A stretch of 64,000 nucleotides of DNA from NCBI GenBank assembly GCA_964035545.1, contig OZ037771.1:13391133-13455132 (forward strand), given 5' to 3'. This DNA is from Bugula neritina (Eukaryota; Animalia; Bryozoa). How positions within the stretch are numbered: the first letter of the stretch is position 1; each line of letters starts with the position of its first letter. Made by a program: the position numbers and the translations under genes. The notes beneath the pieces were generated by a model that did no database searches, was not told the origin of the DNA, and worked only from the letters and a program-made list of their open reading frames with translations. Positions 49,024-63,955 of this stretch are shown piece by piece.

Positions 49024-51659
49024 TTATATTTATAGTCTAAAAGGAAACAGCTAGTTCCCAGTGATAAATAATATTTGCAACAAATAACTAGTTTTAAAAC
49101 CAGAATAATACAAGTATATTAAGTATTTTCTTGGGATGTTGTAAGAGTTTATTGATCAGTTAATTTTCAGTATCACATCTGAGGTTTCACAAAGAGAGAT
49201 GGCCATCACTTTGATCTCTGTTAGTGATTTTCTTTGCCTCTATCAAAACTGATAGCTTATACTGCTGCAAGAATTGTATAATTCTATAGACTGGGCATAA
49301 AAATCAATGAAGCAGTAATGAGTGTACAGTTAGTATACTTAGAGGCGTTGAGTAGAGTGGTATACTCCAGATAGTGCTATTACCATGTCTTATATGTCTA
49401 TTGCACCAGCTTTAGCAGCTGCCTTTAAAACGACAGCGTATGTAGTCAACGGGGAACCTGATACTCTTGTGCAAACGGTAAGCTTACCCCTCTTTACATT
49501 AGTTCTGCTTTTAAGGTATCTCAGTCTATTATCACTTGTTTGAATTAATCTTTTTCTGCACAAATAATTTCAAAGCATTTGAATAGAAAACTTTATTTGA
49601 ATGTTTTTTTAATGAAAATCATAAAAAATTACAAAAAAAGTTTTTGGTAAGTTTTGGCAAACTATATTAAATTTTGATTCTTTTGCTTAAAATAGTAAAA
49701 ATAAAAACTATATAGTAATTTGCACAAGAAAGTTTTTATTTATTGCAACATAATTATAATGTTTTGTAACTAAAAGAAGTTTCTTTGCAATATATTCAGA
49801 TGGATTGATAACGAGTTGTAGCTGTTTTGGCAGTCAAACATTCAAACCACGCTTATCTTATAATTATATTTTAAAGAGCACTGACTTCTGCTTGTGAAAT
49901 GATTAGAATTACAAGCTTGTACAACTCATGGTGTAGTTATGTTACCAGTGCCCACTCTACATCTGCAAGTGCAATCAAAACACTTACAGAAGCAAAAATA
50001 TTCCAATTAACTAAATCTTATTCTGAAAATTTCAATTTGCTAAATTTCTGTTTGCTTGTGGTTACAACAAAGCAATACCTACTGACAGAAATAATAAAAT
50101 AAAAGAAAGTTTTTGTGTTCTGTAAACAAGTTTGTAATGCATCTGAAAGCTATGCAAAGCTATGGCAAGACAGCAAGCTATGCTATAGTTGATATTATTG
50201 CATTAGTGTATCATAATACACATTATAGCGTATAATTATATTATACTGTTGCACATTATAGCACAATTTAGCACATGGTTATATGTGACTATAGATATTA
50301 TACTACGCTATTACGTATTGTAGCATATTATGATTATATACTGCTATATATTATATTACATTACTAAATATTTTAGTATATGTCATTATATACTAATACA
50401 TATTATGTTTCAATGGTAGTTCTCTTTTCATTATTCTACTTTTGTGAAAATTTGAGGTTGAGTTCAATTCCATAGATACTTCCATTGAATTAACTATTGA
50501 CTAATATGATATATGGAACTATTTTTGTTTTTTAAAGTGTGTTATATTTTCTACATAACATATTACAAACATATTACATAATGCACTTCTTACAGCTTGC
50601 AATGAAACTTACTTGCCAACAGTTTCTTTTAATTCAAAAGGTAAAAATATTGTTAACAAAGTTATTTCAGAATAATCTTGAATAAAGTACTGATGACTCA
50701 TCATGCTGCCAAGTTTATATAGAGAAAGTTCTGGAAGATGTAAAATATTTTTAGAAAACTTTATCGTATTGCAAATAGGTATAATAGTTAGCCTATGCTA
50801 TCAGGCTATATAGATGTGAGGTATTTTGCAATAATGACTAATTAATTATTTGTGTTCAATAATAAACAATTGGTTGAGTTTATCAGAATTTGTGGCAGAA
50901 ATAACTATAGAAAATAATACTATATACACTGTTATATGCTATTACATGGTGCTTTATGCTTTTATATAGTGTTATATACTATTTTTCATACATGTGGTAT
51001 GCCACTTATTCTATTTATTTGATTAAATAGAAATAACACTTAATACACTGATATAAATTTTAATATGTCAAATAATAATTCTATGTAAAATTTTATTTAT
51101 AGGTTTTCAAATCAGTGAAACAAAGTTAAAAAGTCATGCGTTCAGCCAAAGTATTTAAAAAAGTGATTGAAAACTTATCAAAAAGAAAAATCACTAATTT
51201 GAATTTTAATATTGAATTAAGCGAAAAATAAAATAGTGATGTAAGTTATTACAATTTCTATCAAAGCCAGTTTTGACTTTGCTATAGGTTTACGAGGTAT
51301 AATTTGTGTTAGAAATAGTGCAATAAGAATAACATAAAAGGGATTAGGCAGTCATCTGGTGACAATGTTCAACATACTTGCATGCAGTCTTACTGAACTG
51401 TCAAATGAAGAAAGTAACAAAATGGCTTATTATAACTATAAACAGCATGTAGACATTGCAGTTATTCCTCAGCCTATAGGTATAAAGCTTAAAGAACCTC
51501 CTGACACACTTCACACATACAGTACTAAAATATTTATATACATCTTAGCTATTATATATAACAGACTGTTTGAAGGTTTCATGTTTGCTCTAACAATTTA
51601 GTTTTATAATGAATTTTGGTCGCTTGTTGATGACGTTTTGATTCGGCTTTAAAGAATGT

Positions 51660-51846
51660 GGCATTATAAAACTAATAGCAATTATTACTGACTTTCATTG
51701 CGTGCTATTCTTAGCCGCTGCAACACTGGTTTTTAAGTTCAAAGTTTAAACGTTTAAGTCAGCTCAATAATTAAACTGTGTGTTGCAACAGCTAAAAATA
51801 GAACGCAATAAAAGTTAGCAATAATCACTATCAGTTTTATAATACC
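51660..51846. mobile_element. ~190-bp hairpin MITE-like element with ~65-bp imperfect inverted arms
   Basis: GGCATTATAAAACTAATAG...ATTGCGT.CTATT.TTAGC.G.TGCAACAC versus GTGTTGCAACAGCTAAAAATAGAACGCAAT...CTATCAGTTTTATAATACC. Confidence 0.7.
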
Positions 51847-53827
51847 AAAGTCGGCTGGGAACATCAGAAATTCAAACTCATTCTGGACATGTTTGCATGA
51901 AATTTATCAGAAAACAAAATTGTTGGGGCATTCAACCTTCAAACACTCTGTAGATGGATAAATATGTATGTATATTTTAATGCTGCATAAATAGAGTGTG
52001 TCAGAGATTCTTTAAGTATCTGAAAGAGTTTATTGGTGGTAAAATTAATCAAACGTAAGTGATTGCATAACAAATACTTATAACACAGTTACAGCGTAAA
52101 CCTTGTTAAGTAACAACAGTACAGCACGCTAAGCAGGCTGGCTCTAAAATGCTTATCAACGCTACACGGAACCAGGTATTTTATTATTATTTGTGTACGT
52201 CCCCTTTCTATGTTGATATGTTTAACTTACAGAATGTTTAATGGAACTTTATTTAGCTTAATTGTGGATATACGATAATGAAAATTAGAATAATATAATA
52301 TATTACCTAATTGTTATACAGAACTGCATGTGTTAAGATTGCGGCGTCTAGCTTTTTCTATACATGGTTTTATAAAGTTCTCTCATATTCTTTTGTAGTC
52401 GCATTCATACCAGAATATTATGATAGTTAAAAGTTTAGTTTCTTAATTATTTCACTTGTTTTAAGTTTTTATGCTTCAGCTTTTATTACTGTGACTAATG
52501 AACACTTCAACCTTATGATTTATTCTTTAGAAAAATTATTATAACTCTATGTATAAAGTTATATTAATTTAATATAACTTTAATAATAAAAATTATATAA
52601 TTAATATATAACTTTTATTTTAGTAAATTATATTTTTATACTTCATTGCTAGTTTTAGTGCTAGTTATATCAGCATCACTATACTAGCAGTTACTATAGA
52701 CTTAGTAATATCAATCTTACTATAGACTGTGTCCCTATTGAATTACTCCAATCTTTTAGTTGGTTGTATACAAAAGAGTATAATATCAATTATGCACCTG
52801 GTCTCATATTTTTCTTACAAAAGCTATACGTGAAAGTTTTGCTATGCTATGCAGAAAGCTTCAAGGTTTTTAATTTATTTGACTAAAAGATAATGTGCAC
52901 ATTAACATAATACAGGCGAGTCAAAGTGTGTTAGAACTTCACCATAAGTTGTTGGTTTGGTTTTATTTTCCTACGAGGCAGAATACATATTCATAGTAAT
53001 CACTATGCTGTGTTACAGGCTGTAAATCTGAAGCCTCAATTGTGACACAGACAAAAGCTAGGTAGCTGATGACCTTTGACATTGTGTTTTCTAATCAATC
53101 ATACGAGTGAACTATGCTAACAAAACTAGAGCTCTTCTCCATTGCCGTACTTTTATTTACATTAAAACAAAATTGCCCCAAGATATAATTTCCTGCAACT
53201 GACATTTAAATGTAACACCAACGCTTGTTATTATGCATGTCCGAGACAAGATTTTAATTTTTATTATTCTAAAGATTAGATTTGTGTTTTGGGACCAAAA
53301 GCCTAGCAAATATGTTTGCAAACAATAATTTAAATTGAGGAAATTGAGAGCAAAATTTACGATAAGAAAATAATTTTTGATGCCTTTAAGACCTAAATGG
53401 TTTCCCTACTTATTTAACGTTACCATGGAGTAATTTTTCTACTACAAAAAAGTGCTAGCATTAGAAGCTGTCAAAATTATTTTATTTTGAAAATTGCTCA
53501 ATTTATTTCAAGTGTTAGAATCCCAATCACATCTTCAATTCTGTAGTTATAGCTGATTAGTTTAGCATTTAGAGTTTTGAACTCAATAATTGAAACATTT
53601 GCTGCCCTAGCTTGACCTTAATTTTAACGGCTGCTGCAAGCAAGAGTTTGTATTCTAATATTATTAGGTGGTATATATCCTAATTAAAGTGTTGATAAAA
53701 TTGGCTGGCTGCTTATTATATACCCACTTATATATGCTAGCCAGGTTGATGCTATAAGCAATCAATAATATCATAATAATTTGCACTTCAATGTTATTGA
53801 AATGTCAACAGCCAGAGTAGTTGTGAA

Positions 53828-54027
53828 ACGCAGGTTCTTAATATACTGACATATTACTAGCAAGTTTCTATTTAACTGACACTTACACTCAGGTTTCCAT
53901 ATAGCTGACACTCATGTGCAAAGTTTCTATATAACTGACAGTTATGCTCATGTGTCTATATAGCTGACAGTTAGGTGCAGGTTGTATAAAACTGACACTT
54001 ATCCGCAGGTGTCTATAATGTTGACAT
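53828..54027. repeat. Old ~30-bp tandem repeat (GCAGGTTTCTATATAGCTGACA...)
   Basis: About 7 diverged copies. Confidence 0.7.
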
Positions 54028-57000
54028 TTAGTATTTATTGCTATAGGAGCTGCAGCCTGACAGCAAATACTTACTCTGCTGTAACATTTGGTAAATGTAT
54101 TGCATAATATATAAAGTTTGCCTTAAAGTCTTATAATAAGACAACATATTCATAGTAATGATTCCAAAAGGGCAGTGGCCCCTGTAAGGCATATTGGTGT
54201 GGGTGGGTATTGGCAACCCTTCATGTGTGGGAAAGTCTCTGAGGCTAAAGTATGACTCATCTTTCTCCTCCACTCCTGTAAACAATAAAGAAGTTCTACT
54301 TAAGAGCACAGTATCAGAGAAAGTCTACCTTGCCAAGGATTCACAAGCTGAAAAACTTTTTTAGCTATTCTCATTTTTCATTTGGTTTGTCATATTTATG
54401 CTTTGAAGTTTTTTGTGAAAAAAAGTATTTTAAGCCAATTTCAGTTTATACTCTCTAATAGATAACAATCTATTTAATAGAAAATTCTTAATAAGATATT
54501 TCAATTTTTGTTAATGAATCCATATTAAAGTGTAAAGTAGCAAACTTGCCAATGGTTTTATGTATAAGTTAAGATCAACAAAATATCAGCTGAAAATGGC
54601 TGTGAAAATGTTAAAATCTTGTATAGGAATTTTGGCCCAAATGTTTTAATTTTCAAGACATTTGAGAAAAAATGATCTATATTACTGAAAAATTATGTAA
54701 GATTATAAATTTGAATTGCAAGTACAGAGTTATAACTGTTAGCTATTTGAATAAATCCTGATTCCTAATGCATGAGTTTCAAACTATCACATGAATTATG
54801 TTTCACTAAAGTTTTACTACATCTACCATACAGCTAGTTGTCTAAACTTGATTCTGGAATGTTCCACAGCTCTTGCAACATGAAACTGTATTAGAGTAGC
54901 AAGGTAAACCATTAGACTCATCTATAAACTAACATGGGGCCTACACAATGCATTCTAATGTTAGATGCTCTTTATTTATTAATGCATGTAGATAACTTAT
55001 TGCATCAACTCCAATGCCCTTGCCTAACCTTTGCGCTGCCAATACCTTTTGACAGATTTATCCCTGGAGGACGAACTACAATGTAGCTGCAAATCACATG
55101 ACATTATGTCTAGAATATTAATAAGGTCGTGCAGAGTAAGGTGAACAATGCATTCGATTAGCTTGCCTAATGTCTGCATCTTTTGACCAATATTATAATG
55201 ACTGACCTGATATTAACCATGAAACAACTTCGTATTCAGCATACAATGAATATATAAATTACTGCGCTAGAAAGTTGCCTGTTCAATATGGCCATTTTGT
55301 ATTGAGGTATAGGTGCAGTAATGGAGAAATTGAGAAAAGCCTGCATGCATGTGTTCTAGGTTAAGAATGCAGCAAAAGAAGTTATGTTCATGAAATTTCA
55401 GCCCAGGCCCCAAACCAAAATTTAACAATGAAATTAAAGAACTTAGGCTATCTCAATTTGTTAACTACTGCTCCTAAATGTTCGAATTATTTTCTCAACT
55501 AATATTTAGAATGCTTAGAAGTTGTCTTCTCCTGTATTGCGGTGTGTTCATAGTTCCATTAAAAATAGTTTCCGGTATTTCTTTATAGTGCTACTGAAAA
55601 GTTACTTTCTAATAGTAAAATATGACTCCTCAATTGATTCATTTCTTGATGCCTTGCAAAAACAGTAAGGTATTCCTAAATTCAATCACATAAGAGTAAT
55701 ATCCGAGATTGGTAACCAATAAGATTAAAATTTTAGAAGCCTTTATTGGACTGACTGGTGTTTTATTTAAAGCTTTTAAATAAATTATCTAATTTGCAAA
55801 GTAATGGTCAAGTGTCAATATCTACGAGGAGATGTCATTCCCTTTGACTATACTGTTGACAAAATATAATTATATTGATGAGTGGCTTTTACAGTGCTTA
55901 AGGCAGTTCAGGGAAATTTTCAACTTGGCCAAGTTTAATTGACTAAACATCATGAAGGTATAAAGATTTGATAATTTAAAAAAAATGGAATCATTATTAT
56001 GTAACAATTGACTGTGTGGCTACAGCAGAAACAAAAGGGCTATATTTCTTGTATCGTGTTTCTTTAAGATGTTCTGCTACTGTAAATTGTAGAAACCTCA
56101 TATTAACAAGAGAGAGTAATTTCCAACATGACTTGTTAATTACATTCTTAATTCAGTTTCTATGTACTTCAGATGATGTAAGCAAATTGATTTATATTCA
56201 GTCATTTTATACTTAGTTGCAGACTGCGTGAAGAATGGAGTAAAAGTTTGATTTGGTATTACAACTCCTAATATTTTCCAATTAGATTATATGTATATAG
56301 CTATATAGCATTAGTTGTCCAGGATGGCATGCCTGTTACCATGCTATCCCTTGTGTTCAAGGCCGGAATTTTTTTAAACAGCTGTACTATTCACAGATAG
56401 ATAATTGTAATACTTTCACACTTTGATACTAACCAGACCATATTCTGTAACGGTTGTTGCAGATTATTTACATTATGCAGTTTCTAAAATATATTCTGGC
56501 TTAAATTATCTTTTTTAAAATGTGCTTTGGTGAAAAAATAGTTTTTGGTTAATAACCCATAATCATCAGCTGTATGTTAATCTTTTTAAACAACTAGGAG
56601 TTGCAACATTTTATTTTTTCATCGTAAATCTTGCACAGTTGTTAAAACAAAAGGAATACAGAAAAATGCTTTCATATTTTTTTTTATAAAACCTTCAGCA
56701 TCAAAGCTGAAGGCAAGTTATTTTGGCATTGTTTAGTCAAGCGTGTAACCACTCTTAATTGTATCGAATCTCTTCCAGCCTAAATTAGTTACAAATGAAG
56801 AGAAACCAGACTCATTAGCTGTAAATAAAAATCAATCATGAGAAGTAATTAATAAAACACTTGATACCACTTGGGGAGAAGTTTCCAGGCCACTTTTAGT
56901 GAGTTGTTAATTGAACTAGAGCAGCAAATCTTCTATATTTAGTCTGACGTTGTCCAGTACTTTTAAACTGATGATTTTAAACAAAAAGGCCAGGAAAATG

Positions 57001-58836
57001 ACCACACACTTAGCTATGCCTCCTTGCTTGCAAGACCCACAAGGGGCATACTTTAGGCCAATTTAAACCGCCTGTAGAAATATGCAGTAGGTGATTGTAC
57101 ATGTCTCGGACGGAAACAGGTCTATTTGCTCTGACCGCTCACTCTATGACCTGTAGTTTGTTGCAAAATCTTTTGTCTGCCTTAAGCCCTGGAGATTACA
57201 AGATACAAAAGTACAGAACAAAAGTGTAATAAATCTTTAATGATTTCAGTGCTAACATGCATTTGATGCTAGACTCATGCTATTAGCAAATACCGGTTTT
57301 GTGAATACTTCTAACTATACACTGACATTGTCAAGGCTGCATTAAATTTTACATTGCCCAACAGTAACTATTATATTTATGGTTAGCTGTTTAAGATACA
57401 CACTTGTTTTTTTATTATTAAGTTTTTGGCTCAATGTGGCATATTTTAATGGCGAAATATTCAATATTACTTCATTTATTAGCTTATAAACTTAACTAAT
57501 TATTGCTTAACCATTACACCGATTATTCAATGCTAGAACTATATCTTTCTACTCCTGTATTGCTTTTATAAAATCCTTAAAAGCAGTGGTTAGCCTTTCT
57601 TCAAGTAGATAGAGAAGAGAAATGCAGATTTTCTTCATCTTTTATTCTAAATTGAGAGCTTTATACTAAAGACGGTATATAGAAGAGGGGTTTTGTACCA
57701 AGAGATCACAAGCTACGGTGCTAGAAATTGCAGCTATTGCTAGTTTGGCTACTAAAACTGCATGTAGAAGATTGAAACAGTGTATCAGTATTAATAGCAT
57801 GCTAATAAGCATTCAGAAGTGTGCTGTACATTAGAGTTGTCTATTCATTGCATCAGTTTATCAGTTCATTGAGTTCTTAACTGAAATAAGCTCTTTGAGG
57901 CACTCTTTGATTCCCTCCCCGTAGTGGCTTCTATATTTTCACAGCATAAGGCTAGGTGGGAATTATCTCATGTCACTAAGAGAGAGTAACTGTGGTGTCA
58001 GCAGCATCTATTCAAATGCTGAAGTCAGCAATCAATTTGTTTTTTTTATGGAACTGGGTCTGTGTTGTTTGCTACACAATGCTTTGCTCTGTGTGAATAG
58101 TGTAAAAGTAAAACTAGGCTGACACTTGGCACCTTAGAATTAGTAAAATTTAAGAAAGTATATTTGTGATAATCAAAATGCAGAGTTTATTTGAAAGCTT
58201 CATCGAATGTATTCGCACAACTTCAAGTTATAATACATGCAGAGTGAAAAAGTATATTCAAACTTGGATAAAACAAATATTTAACTTTTTGTTCAAATTT
58301 TTTAGTACATCTCCTATTTCAAATAATCTAAAATATTTTGAGCAAAAGTTAAAAATAATTATAGTAGTGATTCTATTTGGAATACTTTTGTGGAATATTG
58401 TCATTATTTTATAAAATGTTGTATTTATAATACACAGTTTACTTGAATTTATCTAAATCCCAATTCAGCATCTTTCCCAGTTTTGTCTCAACATAACACA
58501 AAGCCATGAAACTATATTAATATGAAGTTTCCTGCATATAAATATATGAGGGCTACTTCTAAAATTTCCTGTAATAAAGATACCTTGCAGTTGATATAAT
58601 TCATAATTATGACAAGTTGTGATATCATATCTATTGATTTTCTGACACTTGTTTTGAGCTTATTGAGCTCTCAGTTATATATCCACATGACAAATATGTG
58701 ATATTAATTACTAACTTACTGTTAAATATAGCTGCACAGGCGTAGAGGTCATGTATACATCAGTGCTCTGTTAGAGATATCATTTTAATTGATTTTCTGT
58801 TCATCAAGTAATATACGAGTGGGTTTATAATATATA

Positions 58837-61800
58837 ATGAGATGCCCTGCACTAGACAGCTTGATGCGGCAGCACAAACATAAGCTGCCAGTAAACATGG
58901 CCGATCACGGCAGCTTATTTAATCGCTCTTTTTCTTCAGTACTCAACACATTTTCGTTCACATCTGAAGACCAGATCGTAAGTTTTTATGCGCTCCAAAA
59001 GTTAATTGAATTCAATTTTCATTTATTTGTTTTATTATTAAGTAGAAGCTGAATACTTAATTTAATAAGTTTAAAAATAAACTCCGTGATATACAATTTT
59101 GTAAAATTTTTAATTGATAAATTTTTATTAAGCAATTAATTATAATTATTGTGTTTTGCTTTGTTTTAAATGTTTAATTACATATACTGGAAGATTTTAA
59201 ACAAACATAAATTTTTGAAAATTTCAAAGAAAGCAATATTTTTATTACAAATAATATACCAGATGTCATTGCATCAATTATTTAAAACTTCTATACAAAC
59301 ATGTATGGTCAGGTTGAAAGACTGCATTGTCTATTAGCAAACAAGTTATAAATGTGTGTGAGTTTGCATGTGGACAGCATGTCGTCTGGTGTTAACACGC
59401 AGCTTCCAGAAGAAACTTTATGAAAAAATATTTTGAAATGTATTTTATAAATATTGTGAAAATAGAGCATATATGTGTATATTATAGTTTGTGCAATATA
59501 TAATACATGGCATAGATTATAATATGCCATGTAGAATATGCAATGCGCAGTATTTAATATAATTATGGTATATAATATATAGTAACTAATGTGCTGTGAT
59601 TAGGCATATTGTAGAAAATTATTTTTAACATAGTTCAGTTACAACAAAATTGAAGAATGTTATTTTTCAGCATGCTGGGACTTAACATAAGCTGGGAAAG
59701 CCTTTCCCTAATTCATTATTATAGCTTTTCATGTATCATCACAGCTATGCCAGCTATGTTATGTTTATTTCACACTCATTATAGCTACTACACAAAAGCT
59801 AACCTTTTTGACTGGTATAAAAACCCATCATTTTCACTTATCTAAGCACTTGCTCTTGCAACTTGCCATTTGCAACTACACTTATAACTTATGATGTAAC
59901 GGTTTTCACATTGCTACTTTCTTTTAGTCTGCGACAATAAATATTTGTATGAATTAAAACACAACACAGCACACTTCAAAAATTTTGCAGTAAGCGGTGC
60001 CTTAGTGAAAAGCTGATGCTGCCTCAGTGAAAAGTCATATAAATATTTTCAAGTTTCTTGTGAACCAAAATTTTATGATTTTATTTGAATTCCTTGGAGA
60101 TTTTTTCAGATGAAGTGAATACATGGCTGAGCTGACAGCAATACTCTGTAGGCAGCGCTGATTGGCAGCGTACAGTTTTATGATAATTTACCAACCTGAT
60201 TAGCAAATATTATAACAATTATGTTATAAATATATGAATCTACCGCACCGTGTCTATGAAAAATCAATGAGCATATCTGTTAGCTCCATACTCTACACTG
60301 GCAGTAATAACCACTAAACATAAAGTCAACTTGTAACTTCATACTTAGAGCAGCAGTATTTTACAGTGCTGTGGGTAATTATATATGATGATGTATGTAT
60401 AAAATAAATCATTAATAAAATGCAAAAGTTTGCTAAATATACGAAGAAAAACAACAAAGTGCATGCTTTCATAAATTTAATAGTCTATAACAATTAAAAT
60501 TAAAATTTATTTTTAGCTGAGTAACAGCAATGGACATCTGAACTACATAAACACCGAGTATGTCCCACCTAGACACAGAGGATTCTCCTGCCTACAGTAC
60601 TTAAGGAGGAAACTGAGAGGGCTGAGGGGCAGAGGCCCTGCCCAGGATATAGATCTCGATAACCTAAATGACCCTGACATTACAATAACCCGAGAAGTAG
60701 GCGACAATATCTCAGATGTCACTGCAGAGCGAAAGACAGATAAGAAGGGTGGGTCCGTATGCGTCCCGACCTGTCACTGTTGGTTCGAGCCAACCAGCAG
60801 AGTTTCCTATTGGTGGAGCTTCACCGTCTGCATGTGTGTTCTCTACAACTATTGGGTGATAGTGTTCCGGTATGCCTTTGACGAGATTCGATCAGATACA
60901 TTAGTTCGATGGTTCGTTTTAGACTACACAGCAGACTTTATTTACCTGATGGATATAGTTATAGGGCTGAGGACAGCCTACCTGGAGGAAGGCGTTTTAC
61001 AGACTAACACTCGTAAGATGAGAATGCACTACAAGAACACAATGACATTCTACTCAGACTTGCTCTGTCTTCTGCCTCTTGATTTCGTTTACCTTAGCAT
61101 CTCTTACAACTCTCTACTTAGAGCTGCTAGACTCATCAAGATATATAGACTGTGGACTTTTATAGACACTACCGAGAGGCATACAAACTACCCAAACTTG
61201 GTACGAACTCTGTCCATGATTCACTACTTGTTTTTAATCTTTCATTGGAATGCCAGCTTCTTTTATGTTGTAATGAAAGACAGCTCTGTATTCAACAATG
61301 AGATTTACAATAGAAACACTGCACAGGGTAAGCACTTTATGACCATATATATAATAAATGTAGACTGTATACTTTGATTTTGTCTAGAATTATTTATGAA
61401 CTGTTTATAGGCACTCTGAATAGTGTTTAGAATTGTGTGATAGTTTACAAGTTCATGCAGTCTGATGTGTGAGCTAAAAGTTCATAGAAATTTTTATAAT
61501 ATAATGCATATAGTACAATGGCGGAGAAAGATGAGAAAATATACTAGAATGTTTCTATAGAGTCTATATTATAGTATACAACCCATCATCTCTATAGAAT
61601 TTATACACTATATAGAATCTATACAGCATATAAGACACTGTTTCTATAGAATCTATATATTATATAACATGCTGTTTCTATAGAATATTATATAACAAGT
61701 TTATAATTATAACTTGACATATCGTATGCTACATGTGCTAATGGTGAATGAACTGTAAAAGGTAATTATAAATTTAAAAGAGATATAATCATATCCTCTC

Positions 61801-63955
61801 TTCCCCACCATAATACCTCTTTAGTCAAGGTCAGCATCTCTCTATGATGCACTCTATATCCGTTTCATTTCATCCTTTGACATCATTTTGCTGCATTTAA
61901 AGAAGAATTTGAACTATTTGGTTTGGGGTCAATGAACTTTGGAGATGCTGTAAAAGTCATTAACCTATATTCATCCCTTATAGCTGTAATAAATGGCATC
62001 ACAGTTATGCAATTATATTCCATGTATAAGCATCAATAATAAGTTATTTACATGCAGTAATAAATCATTTAGAGACTGTAATAGTAAGTAATCCACATGC
62101 AATAATAGTAAGTCATTCACATACAAAAAAACTGCTAATTTTATATATATACATCGATAAACCATGTTTATATATACATTCAATATTGATAGACCATAGG
62201 AATGGTTTCACTGATATTTCATTATATGAGCTAAACGCAATCAGTTATAAACACATGTGTATTTATTTTGTACTTAAGTATAACAGTGCAGTTGAAGTTC
62301 TTATACATTTTATCCCTGGGGTATAATGCCCCTCAGTGGCAACCTGGTATAATATTATGATGAATATGTTTTATTGAGTACTGAACATGTTAGTTGAGCA
62401 GTATAAAGTGAAAGTGAAATCAGTGTACGCATAAAACATTAGCTGCTTATCTGCAAGCTTTTTATAGCTTTCTCTCTGAAAGCTTTTTATAGCTTTTCCT
62501 CTGAAAGCTTGTATAGTAACAATGCTTTAATACAACACCTGGTACATAATAATATTTAGCACATAATCTAAAGCTTTCTACACAACTTATAATAGCAGTG
62601 TAGTTTAGTTATTCTTGAGTAGAATAAACTTGACTGATTTAACAAATATGCCACCCAACTTATTTTGTCTCATAGTATATATTTTTCAAATATTTAGGCT
62701 ACTTGCTTAAGGCAAAAAGTTGATGAAAACCACATACTTTTACCTTTTGGAGGTAGTATTAGTGGTCACCAAAGTGTAATAACTTTTTTAAAAAATCCAG
62801 CAGTGGTTTTAAATGTAATATTTTAGCAATGTTCTGCTAAATAATTTTATTTCTAACGCATAGATTTACACTCTTTGCTCCTTACATATTACAGTTAGAC
62901 ACACATATCTACACTCTTAGTATATTACAGTTAGACACACATATCTACACTCTTTGATCTCTGTATATTACAGTTGGACACACATATCTACACTCTTTGT
63001 ACTGGAGTGTGTTGTCTCTGTCTACAATATCTCACTTACCTCACCCCAGACGACCTCTGGAGTACGTCTACAACATCACCACCATGATCGCTGCCCTGCT
63101 CCTATTCGCTGCCATTATGGGCATGGTGGCCCATATTGTCAGCAGCATGCATTTCGCCAGAAAGGAGTTTCAAGGTACTTAGTTACATGAGGAGTATACA
63201 GTTTATTAATTCATTTTTTATAGAAATTTTACAAGATATTTGATAAATTTCTTATGTAAACCATATATTGTTTATATAAGCTATTTCCGATTTTCACACT
63301 TGTTGTACGAACTACTGTATTAACTGTTTCGTAGTGTATTAGACATTTCATTAGTTATGATGCAATTATAATTCAGTTCTCTAACTAGAGTAGTGTATGT
63401 TGACATTATTTAAGCAAAGATACTAAAAATAATATTTTATAAAAACGTGTCTTTTTTTAATTTAAAGTAACATACTATTTATAACTTGTCCAACGCACAC
63501 TTCTACTTGAGCTAATGAGATTTCACCACTACCAGCCTAATAGTATAGTTGCAGCACGCTTATACCTCCTTGTAAACCACTGTAACCTTTTATGACGCAC
63601 ATTTCGAGAGCGTGGGAGGGCTACTGGTTTAATCACGTGACAATGGCCACTACTCTAGTCATTCACTGTTTACTATTGATTGTAGAAAAGTTATTCCAGA
63701 TATTAGGTGTGTTTGCTTGTATAATTTAGCAGCACGTTTATGTACCTACATGCATGTACTTACATATATGTACAATATTACATTGTAAAAGTAGAAACAG
63801 AGCAGATAGTAGCTAGTATCAGATTTATAGATAGATTGCAGACAATAATATCTGTTTCAGCTCGGCTAGATGATATTAAGACGTACATGGCGCAGAGCAA
63901 CGTACCCCGAGATCTACAGCAGAGGGTGATCAGGTGGTTTGACTACCTCTGGAAG
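58837..63955 (+). CDS. Cyclic nucleotide-gated cation channel subunit (N-terminus, S1-S6, pore, start of C-linker); continues beyond the window
   Basis: Exons 58837-58977 (candidate first coding exon, phase 0), 60517-61327, 62974-63174 and 63861-63955; phase-consistent. Motifs [40 protein letters not shown]4 [28 protein letters not shown], pore helix [15 protein letters not shown]-linker [17 protein letters not shown]. Confidence 0.93.

Noticed and set aside
54028-54309. Minus-strand GC-richer ORF with an acceptor-like site (GVEEKDESYFSLRDFPTHEG...)
   Set aside because: No partner exons or recognisable homology, so a gene cannot be supported.
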